From the NCBI GenBank assembly GCA_964035545.1, contig OZ037765.1, positions 22,939,504 through 23,003,503 on the forward strand: a DNA stretch of 64,000 bases, read 5' to 3'. The notes beneath the pieces are model-generated. The model did not search any database. It was not told the DNA's origin and worked only from the letters and a program-made list of their open reading frames with translations. A program made the translations under genes and the position numbers. This stretch comes from Bugula neritina. Lineage: Eukaryota; Animalia; Bryozoa. Below, piece by piece: positions 53,050 through 64,000 of the stretch (the stretch's first letter is position 1; every line of letters starts with the position of its first letter).

Positions 53050-53270
53050 ATAAAGAAGTTCATTGTTGAAATCAGCCATCATCACCACCATAGGTATTGG
53101 CTATTGACCATGATGGGGAGAAATCCTTCAACTCTTAGCTGTAGAGCAAGAGCACTTTGCACACGAGGTTACAGGTCTTGGCATTCGTTGGGCTGTAAAA
53201 ACCATAGAAACACTTCTATGAGTGGACAAAATTAAAGCGCGGGTTATGACGTGTTCCTTTACGTAAGCAT
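53050..53270 (-). promoter_or_regulatory. Probable promoter / first exon region of the TRP gene
   Basis: GC/CpG-bearing patch with CRE-like TGACGT at 53247-53252 and palindromic TTACGTAA at 53259-53266. The TSS is inferred. Confidence 0.4.
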
Positions 53271-53319
53271 TTATATTGAAATCCATAGCCTAATGATATA
53301 TAATAATACTCTTCTCAGG

Positions 53320-53439
53320 GTAACACAACTACTAAATAATGGTAAGCAGAAGTGCAATAATATATTATTATATATATATTATATACAATATTATAGTATT
53401 ATTGCACTTCTGCTGACCATCAGTTAGTGCTTGTGTTAC
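53320..53439. repeat. Inverted repeat / MITE relic with 43-bp arms around an AT-rich loop
   Basis: gtaacacaactactaaataatggtaagcagaagtgcaataata vs reverse complement of the right arm gtaacacaagcactaactgatggtcagcagaagtgcaataata (38/43 identical). Confidence 0.8.
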
Positions 53440-55581
53440 GATGAAAAGTATGTTGTGTTGGCGCAAATAGTATGTTTTTACTGATTATTGCATGTTGTAC
53501 TTTTAACGTATCACCACAATAAAATGTACGACAGTTATTAAAATGTATTATATTGCATTCAGTTTTTATAGTTATTGTGTGATTCTTGTATGCTTATATG
53601 CATATACTAAACAGTAGTACATAACAGTAGAATTACATAACAAAGTGAGATATACATGACTAGCTGTGATATAGCAGCATATTATTGTACATACTATTTT
53701 GTGCATTATCAATTACACAATTTTTAATGTATTATAAGTATAACAATAAATGTTGCAACCATATACATTGTTATATCATACAAGTAAATATCCTTTATTT
53801 AGAATATATTTTATTATACTGGTAATGTATTCAACAAATTACAATGAATGTAATTATATGATGAATAAAAAATTATGTCAAAACAATAAAACAAATATAA
53901 TTAGTAAACTTTGTGAAATTGAAGTAAAAAAATCTGCAAGACACTACATGTAAACAGAATTGCTAAAATATTAGGAACCCTATACCACAAAATTTACGTA
54001 TGTACCAGTTTAACTATAACCATAAAAGCTGCAGTAAGGTAGACAACTCTGCAACACACCTATTGCACACTACGAATAGCTAAATCTCTTTCTGAATAAA
54101 CTTAGTTATTACTGCTATACAAAGTTGTACATTATGTTACATATATGCATAAAAATCTTCTTTACTATTTTGGAATCTCTTTGAATTAAACGAATTATAA
54201 TATTATATGTATTCAAGGATTCAGAAGTTAGAAAATGTACAATAAGATTAAAATGAACATAAAGAGAATTTTGGTTTAACCTATGAATATGTAAATTATG
54301 AATTTTTTATGATTTAAATTAAAAGTTCACCTCCCAATTATTCTATAATGACAATTATATAACCAGATAGATTCTCAACTTGGTACATAAAACCAGAAAA
54401 TTTTCTCGAGACATTTTTTGAAGCCTAGAAACAGTCTCTGCCATCTCAAACCTGCAACTCTCAACAGCTACAGATATTTGCTTGCTAGTGCTCTGTAGCC
54501 ATCTACGTAATTTCATGTTCACCGATCATTTTATAAAAATTTATCAAGTGCAATTGTATCTATAACCAATAATGACTCCTTTTAAGCTAAATCTAAATTA
54601 ATGTTTATATAAAAAATCTATGAATAGTTGTTTTGGTTTAAAAAGTTGTTAACTGTAAAATTTTGAAAATAGATTTGCATCTGTATTGCTAGTACTGCTC
54701 ATTTTCTTTACCTATGCCAGCGGCCAAATCTCAGCACTTTAGCTTATGCAACAAGTCTTATTGAATATATTTTTGATACAAGGAGTTATCTGCTCTAGAA
54801 ATAAAGTGCACCAGCTATAGCCAAAGGACAATTATAATTATATTTCAATGCATATACCACTTTGGCTACAACAAGTTCAAATTGAGAAGTAGAAAATAGA
54901 TGCCAATAGAAGGTCGTCTAATCAGTTGCTCCTAGGTTAAGAACAGCAAGACATTTTACCTAATTAAGGGAATTGTGTTTTCTCAAGTTTTATTTAACCA
55001 GGTAATAAAGTTGCTCAAAGCATTGCTTCCAATGACAATATCGTACCAACCTGACTAATTAAATATAGTAATATTTTAATCATTTTACTTGAAAAAAGTC
55101 ATGAGGCGCTGTGCTCACCTAACATGCAAGTGTTTATAGCTTGATATGGAATTTAAGACGTATAGTATTGCTTAAAAATTTCATTGATAGTTTAAGTATT
55201 TAGACTTCATGCATCAAGATCCATCAAATGATTAGCAACAAATTGAATCTATACACATGGCACGGTTGATTCGCCAGAACTGGCATATTGAATATGTTTT
55301 CACTTAATTTTGAACAGGAAATGTATAATTCGAAATGAGATCATCAATTCAATTATTCAATTATTTGATGACGAAGTCTACAAACTATTAAATGAAGAGA
55401 AATACTATCAATTATGGTAATATGTGTATTTGCGGTCACCAATTAGATATTTAATTATCATTAAAAGGCTGCCTGCTAGAAGGCAGCATTATTCAAAGTA
55501 TCCTGAGAAAAGCTGTTCTTGCAAGGATGGCTCTTTAACTTGTCACATTTATGTATCCACTGATAATTAGCTTCCAGTATT

Positions 55582-55710
55582 GTGCTGTACATGTAGGTAT
55601 TGTACATGTGGGTGCTGTAAAACATGTAGACGCTGTAAATATGTAAGTGCTGTACATGTCAATGTTGTACATGTTGATGCTGTGCATATAGGTGCTGTAC
55701 ATGTAGATGC
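55582..55710. repeat. Degenerate ~15-bp minisatellite (gtgctgtacatgtag), ~8 units
   Basis: Units visible directly; the core contains overlapping palindromes TGTACA/ACATGT. Confidence 0.85.
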
Positions 55711-56545
55711 CCAGTTAATTGTCTTGCAGCCAATCATTTTCTTGGCATCTAAAATTAACTCAACATCACTTTTGTGTGCACTATTTACATGCAATTTGCT
55801 TTCTAATAACATATGAAAGCCTTATCAAAATGTAAATACATATAGCACAATATGTCAAAGATACATGTAACAAGTCTGTACATATAATATTTAGTTTTTA
55901 GAATTGTATTTATTAGTTTATATATTATATTTATAGGATGTTAGTATTTATGCTAGATATTATTGAAAAAAAGTTAAAAATTTCCAATTATTAAGTATAA
56001 ATTATACAAACTACTTTCAAAAAAGCAATTTATGGTGTATTTAAATTAATATAGAACATTATTTTTTGTAAAACTTAATATATCAACATGCAATCTTTCA
56101 CTAAACCAGCAAAAAACCTGACTTGAGTTTTTATGAATTAATTTTGAGAGAGATGTACTACTATTAGATTATTATTATTAGGCCTATATCTTATTATAGA
56201 CAGCAACAGCTCACTAGATATTAAATTATTTACATTTATTTGTTTCATCATTATATTAACAAACCAAGACATTAGGTACAAAAAAGCTAAGAAGGCTATG
56301 ATGAAGCCCATTGCACTATAACCTAGTCATGCGCAAGCAGATACAAGCTGACAACAAGCCTATACCTGATACAAAACGCACAAACAACAATACCTATTCC
56401 AACAGGTGAAGCCTCAACTTCCTCCGAATTTAATATATAGAGTTACAGACTGATTGTAAAGCGGTTGGCAGTTCATTTTACAGTGCTGTCTCCTGATAAC
56501 AGTTTCTTCTGTGACCTATTTCTGCTTGAGAGTGAGGAAGAGGTT

Positions 56546-58915
56546 AACTTTCAAAAACCCGATAAGCTGTTGTGGTAGGTGAGCAAATTGAGTTTACAAT
56601 TTCTAGTAGTAAATTATATATTCTCCTAGAACTTTGGGTTTTTAATTGGCATCTTTACTAGAGGAGATTGCAATTAGCATCTCCACTAGGAGAGACCGCA
56701 ATTGTCATCTCTCCTAGGCAGATTTGGCATAGTTGCTAGGAGCATTGCTGATCCAACTAGGGGAGATTGCAATTGGCATCTCCTCTAGGAGAGACCGCAA
56801 TTGTCATCTCTCCTAGGCAGATTTGGCATAGTTGCTAGGAGCATTGCTAATCCAACTAGGGGAGATTGCAATTGGCATCTATACTACAGAGTGTTGTAAT
56901 TGGTTTTTCTACAAAGATGAATGTGCATAGTGATTAGGTATATGGCCAATCCTACTTGGTAAACCTTCAATTAGGAAAAAAAGCCAATGGTTCCCGCTGC
57001 TGGTAGATTAACCAATTCCAAACAAAAAACTCCAGTTACAGTATTCATCAAAGCTATAACTATAATAATTGCTATGCTCTATTCACGTATGAACATTTGA
57101 AGTAGTATAAACTAAACGTACAAACTCAATACTCCAGATAGGTTTTAATTATATAGTGTTCATAATTCTTTCATGTGGAAGTTTGAAGTTGTCCCTGACC
57201 AATAGGTTTTATCAAAAATAGTAAATATATGCAGTGAGCTAAGCTGTAAATCTTCTCCAGTTCAACATTTCAGGATGTTTACGCAAGACTTGCACAACTA
57301 AAACCAGCTATTAATTTCAATGTACATAAACATAGCATAAACTTTCAAAAACCAATAAGCTGCTGTGGTGAGTGAGAAAATTGAGTTTGCAATTTCTAGT
57401 AGTAAATTATGTATTCTCCTAGTTGTGTTTTTAATTGGCATCTCTACTAGGGGAGATTGCAATTGCTATCTCCACTAGGAGAGACTGCAATTGTCATCTC
57501 TCCTAGGCAGATTTGGCATAGTTACTAAGAGCATTGCTAATCCAACTAGGAGAGATTGCAATTGGCATCTTTACTAGAGAGTATTGTAATTGGTTTTTCT
57601 ACAAAGATGAATGCGCATAGTGATTAGGTACATGGCCAATCCTACTTGGTAAACCTTCAATTAGAAAAAAACCAATTGTTACCTCTGCTGGTAGAATAAC
57701 CAATTCCAAACAAAAAACTTCAGTTACAGTAATCATCAAAGCTATAACTATATTCATTGCTATGCTCTATTAATGTATGAACATTTGAATTAGTATAAAC
57801 TAAACGTACAAACTCAATACTCCAGATAGGTTTTAATTCTTTCATGTGGAAGTTTGAAGTTGTCCCTGACCAATAGGTTTTATCAAAAATAGTAAATATA
57901 TGCAGTGAGCTAAGCTGTAAATCTTCTCCAGTTCAACATTTCAGGGTGTTTACGCAAGACTTGCACAACTAAAACCAGCTATTAATTTCAATGTACATAA
58001 ACATAGCATAAACTTTCAAAAACCAATAAGCTGCTGTGGTGAGTGAGAAAATTGAGTTTGCAATTTCTAGTAGTAAATTATGTATTCTCCTAGTTGTGTT
58101 TTTAATTGGCATCTCTACTAGGGGAGATTGCAATTGCTATCTCCACTAGGAGAGACTGCAATTGTCATCTCCCCTAGGCAGATTTGGCATAGTTGCTAGG
58201 AGCCTTGCTAATCTAACTAGGGGAGATTGCAATTGACATCTCCACTAGGAGAGATTGCAATTTTCATCTCTCCTAGGCAGATTTGGCATAGTTACTAGGA
58301 GCATTGCTAATCCAACTAGGAGAGATTGCAATTGGCATCTTTACTAGAGAGTATTGTAATTGGTTTTTCTACAAAGATGAATGCGCATAGTGATTAGGTA
58401 CATGGCCAATCCTACTTGGTAAACCTTCAATTAGAAAAAAACCAATTGTTACCTCTGCTGGTAGAATAACCAATTCCAAACAAAAAACTTCAGTTACAGT
58501 AATCATCAAAGCTATAACTATATTCATTGCTATGCTCTATTAATGTATGAACATTTGAATTAGTATAAACTAAACGTACAAACTCAATACTCCAGATAGG
58601 TTTTAATTCTTTCATGTGAAAGTTTGAAGTTGTCCCTGACTAATAGGTATTATCAAAAATAATAAATATATGCAGTGAGCTAAACTGTAAATCTTCTCCA
58701 GTCCAGCATTTTATGGTGTTTATGCAGGACTGGCGCAATCAAAACCAGCTAATAATTTTAATGTACATGAACATAGCATAAAATTTCAAAAACCAATAAG
58801 CTCCTGTGATAGGTGAAAAAATTGAGTTTGCAATTTCTAGTAGTAATTTGGGTATTCCCCTAGTTGCATTTCCAGGTGAGCAAATTGACTTAGCAGTTTT
58901 TATTAGTAATTTCTA
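56546..58915. repeat. Tandem array of 3 full units (794, 671, 770 bp) plus a partial fourth, with internal 99-bp subrepeats
   Basis: Units start at 56546, 57340, 58011 and 58781 (aactttcaaaaacc..ataagc). Units 1 and 3 carry two 99-bp subunits and unit 2 carries one (671+99=770). Confidence 0.95.
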
Positions 58916-61208
58916 ATAATCCTGCTGTGATCAACATAAGTATGTTCTGTTCTATTTATCTTAACTGCAATTATAATTTAGTGCATGATTATATGTAGTG
59001 TTTACTGAGGTTTATTTCCATATGAATAAAACCCAAGCTGGTTTGTGTAAGCATTATAATTTGCATATGACTGGATTACATTAAATAAATTGGTGAAGCT
59101 AAAATGTAACAGCATATTTTTTTCGCACTCCATTTATGTAATATTAGATATTGCAGTTTACAATCATTAGCTAGGACTTGCTGTAGTTGAAGAAAGTAAC
59201 ATTCCGTTTGTGGAGTTTGAACTCTGCAACATAATTAACCGTATTCGTAGCTGTTTGATTTTCCAATTTAATATTATATTGCTTGATCGTCTATGTCAGC
59301 ATATTTTGTTGTCAAAATTGCCATTTTTGTTAGAATAAAGTCTGTGTAGACAACCTAAGCTATAGTACAGATTATTCTAATATAACTTATTACTATAGGC
59401 CTAGATCTAAAAATAATTATAACCTTTGATGAATCTGAAAACTAATAATTTTTATTTGGAGCATTTAAAGATATTTTCACCATAAACAAATATATAGGTG
59501 CATAAAATTTTTAATTCTATAACCAGTGAGACTATATAAAATTGTAAACAAAACAAAAACGTACATTTAATTCGATGCATGATGAATTTTAATATGGGGA
59601 ATTAAACGTTATTCAACTTGAATATGTTTTTTCATAGCAACTCTGACAGCACAGATGCCTATGCTCAGAGAACAGATGCTGCACACCAACTCAATTCTTC
59701 TATGCCTAGCAAGACCTTCTCCGGCTTTGGCTGACTCTACTGTGTTGCAATAGGCTGTTGGATGCTCCAGGCTCGTTCAAGGGCTGCAGCCTGATGGAAG
59801 GACCGGCTATTGAGGAGACTGCTGTCTGGTCGATGGTTGACCAGAGTTTTGTCACCAGCTCTGCCTTGTTTTCCTCAGCTACAATTCTTGTGGAGACCTT
59901 TGATCTGTCTTCTTTATGTTGAACTTCCTGGCCTGCGAGACTTTCAAGCTCAACACCATTTATATGTGGTGAGTGCTTAAATACCACTTCATAGGGTGAT
60001 TTGCCTTTTGTCACACTAACAGAAGTGTTCATGGCACATGTGATGTATGGAAGACCTTCAACCCACCTCTTTTCTGGATGCTCTTCCAGCCATTTTTCCA
60101 ATTTCATTTGCAAATCTCCATTGCTTATCTCCATGCAGCTCTGAGATTGGAGATGTGGAGGCTGTTCATGGGTAATAGCAAGGCGTGGCCACTTCTTGGT
60201 GAGTTCACTGATGACGCCAGCAACAAGCTCTTTGTCATTGTTCGACTGTAGAATATGTGGTGCTCCAAACACAAAAAAAGTCTGGACCAGTTTTTTTGCC
60301 ACTTTTGCAGCATTCTTGGATTTTAGGGGATAAGTCCAACTGAATTGGCTGAAGTGGTCGCACATGTGCAGTATCCACTTGTAGTCCTGGTCTGGCCTGC
60401 TGTTCATGTCATTTAGTTTAATTTGCATTATTGTCATATAAGCGGGAGAAATAATTGATTCTTTTGCATGTGGTTTTGTCTTGGAAACTGGTGTAGAGCA
60501 CTCTGTGCAGGTTTGGAGAAACAAGGAGATCATGTCATAACTAATACCAGAGTAGTTCCTCTTTGTTTCTTCCCACGTTTTATCTCTACCAGAATGGCCC
60601 ACTCTCATGTGACAGCTAAAAATATATGAAGCCAACTTTTACAGAACATTATAAAACTGTTGTAAAAATCATTATACTTTTAAGCTAAAACAAGGAAGTG
60701 TTTCAGAAACATTAAAAGAAAATTAAGCACAACATGCCGCTTTATAGTGTCGAAAATATCTTCCTTGGCCACAACAGGAGACAATGTTTTTATACAGCAA
60801 AGTATCACCCTAGATTCAACTTCTTGGATCGTGAATTTTTTTACGGGCCCAGAACTTAAAGGAATTTCCTTCAGGGCACTTCATCCCTTTTGGTAAGCGT
60901 ATAGCTTTGAGAGCCTTGTTGTACATGTCCTGAGTGATGTAAAAACCCCTTTGCTTGCTAAGACTATAATTCTTGATATGCTCTTCTATCAATCTGTAGA
61001 ACTGTATTTTTGGCTCTTGATTTTCCTCCATGGTATCTTTGTCTCAGTATTTTTAAAGATGAAAGAGGTGAGGTGTGAACGCAAGGTGCAAGTAAGCCAA
61101 TGATCAAACACCAGTTAACTACTGGTAACTAAATATATAAGCTCATACTCCTAGTTGAGTTATTTTAATTGGCATCTTTTCTAGGAATGATTGCAATTGG
61201 CATTAACA
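58432..61208 (-). mobile_element. Putative Ginger-like DNA transposon copy carrying the integrase gene
   Basis: The right end 61148-61208 carries the same GCAATTGGCATCT/CTAG subrepeats as the tandem units and ends in ACA (reads TGTTAATGCCAATTGCAAT on minus). The left end is tentatively placed at the inverted tagaaaaaaaccaatt at ~58432. No clear TSD was found. Confidence 0.55.
59610..61031 (-). pseudogene. KRBA2/SCAND3-like (Ginger-type) integrase/transposase, intron-containing, frameshifted, degenerate DDE
   Basis: ATG at 61031. A one-base frameshift in the A7 run near 60836-60842 restores FTIQEVESRVILCCIKTLSPVVAKEDIFDTIKR. Intron 60737-60616 (GC...AG) joins to CHMRVGHSGRDKTW...CTEC (HHCC zinc-binding motif). 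Core: IMQIKLNDM...DHFSQFSWTYPLKSK...GAPHILQSNNDKEL...PHLQSQSCMEISN...SPYEVVF. A disrupted C-terminal CxxC...CxxC lies at ~59620-59700. Confidence 0.85.
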
Positions 61209-61382
61209 AAAATACCAAGAAACAACACGATATTTATAGCATTTTTTAACACTTATGACATGATAATGTAAGTTGCATGGAATGAGAGCTATAGATTGAA
61301 AGGTATGCTACAGATTTTAGGTTATATTCTCTAAAAACCACCCCCCCCACTCTCTTTACAACTCGGAGATGTGTATATACAT

Positions 61383-63045
<1,663 letters not shown>

Positions 63046-63701
63046 CCTTAAATTTATATTTTGAAATATTAGTTATAGCTGGGTGATATTACTTGCTGAT
63101 GCAACCTGCAAAAAGATCCTAAAATGAACTAAGTAGCAGTAGACTGCCTTCAAATAACAGTACCTGCTTCCTATGATTTTCCGCTTGCAGCTGTAGGCTA
63201 ATTGGTAGTGGTCTTAACTAGTCTGAAGTAACAATACCCTCTAAGACTTCCAGGTGTTGCCAGGCTGGCAGCTATAAAAGAAAAGTGCAATTTGAAAACA
63301 GCAACTATTAGAAGAGTTGAAAGAGGACAACATTTGGAGCAGTGTGGAGTTGGGAGCAGCGACAGCAGTTTGCATCAGTGACTAGAAATGCATAATTCTC
63401 TTTAATCATCAACATTGATCACATCTATATTAAGACACCTGATACCAGTACTCAGTACTCATCATTGTTGCTAGTGAGTTGTTAGCATAGTGCAGTGGCC
63501 AGTGAAGCATAAAACACCACGTGCTTACGAGCCAATTACTGCTAGGCACGTGAAAAAAATTTAATTTGTCCATTTAAAGTATTTTTCGTGCAAATAAATT
63601 TATGCATACATAATATTTTCAACTCTAACCAGTAAGCCTAAGTGAAATTGTAAACAATATAAAAGTATAAAAAAGTACATGTGCTCCGATGCACAATGAT
63701 C

Positions 63702-63815
63702 TTTAAAATTTGGAAATAACCGTCATTTGTCTTGAATATGCTTTGTCATAGTAACAGTGACCACACAGATGCCTATGCTTAGGGTACATGCAGATGCTGC
63801 ACACTAACTCAAGTT
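63702..63815 (-). pseudogene. Second remnant of the integrase C-terminal zinc-ribbon segment
   Basis: 63731-63815 is clearly homologous to 59618-59700 (ttgaatatg.ttt.tcatag.aac..tgac..cacagatgcctatgct...cagatgctgcacac.aactcaa). It translates on minus as LELVCSICMYPKHRHLCGHCYYDKAYS and is preceded by an in-frame stop. Confidence 0.7.
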
Positions 63816-64000
63816 ATTGTTTATTGCCAACAGTCTATATTTCTATATACAAGACTGCAACTGGTAAAAGCATAAATAATTTAATTTAATTTACACCAAT
63901 TAATTACAAGTATTGCTTAAACAGAACTTTTACTTAAATCAAAACGTAACATAATACTCACATTTATTTTGCCAATAAAGACTGATAAGTTATATCTACC

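Noticed and set aside
55567-55816. Cys-rich metallothionein-like ORF
   Set aside because: Arises from the 15-bp minisatellite and has a non-ATG start.
56640-58360. CRISPR-like array of ~28-bp palindromic repeats
   Set aside because: No unique spacers, eukaryotic context, and no cas genes.

Overview
AT-rich animal (invertebrate-type) genomic DNA with short GT-AG introns. I could assemble four complete spliced genes by hand, each with consistent exon phases. (1) FBXL6-like F-box/LRR gene, minus strand, 200-4928, 8 coding exons, ~491 aa. (2) A ZAD + C2HC zinc finger + AT-hook gene, minus, 9381-17026, 6 coding exons, ~621 aa. (3) LRRIQ1-like gene, plus, 25386-40433, 25 coding exons, ~1661 aa. 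(4) A TRP channel with ~17-18 ankyrin repeats and a TRPV-type pore, minus, 41123-51614, 14 coding exons, ~1273 aa. The last 8 kb is repeat-rich. It holds an intron-containing, catalytically degenerate KRBA2/SCAND3-like (Ginger-type) integrase, a tandem array of ~0.7-0.8 kb units that look like its deletion derivatives, a ~1.1 kb (GT)n tract grading into (TA)n, and a second integrase remnant. Several MITE-like inverted repeats occur in introns. The most unusual signal is a cryptic period-6, A/T-alternating tract between the inferred promoter and the first coding exon of all four genes. All assignments come from reading the sequence; no database searches were run.
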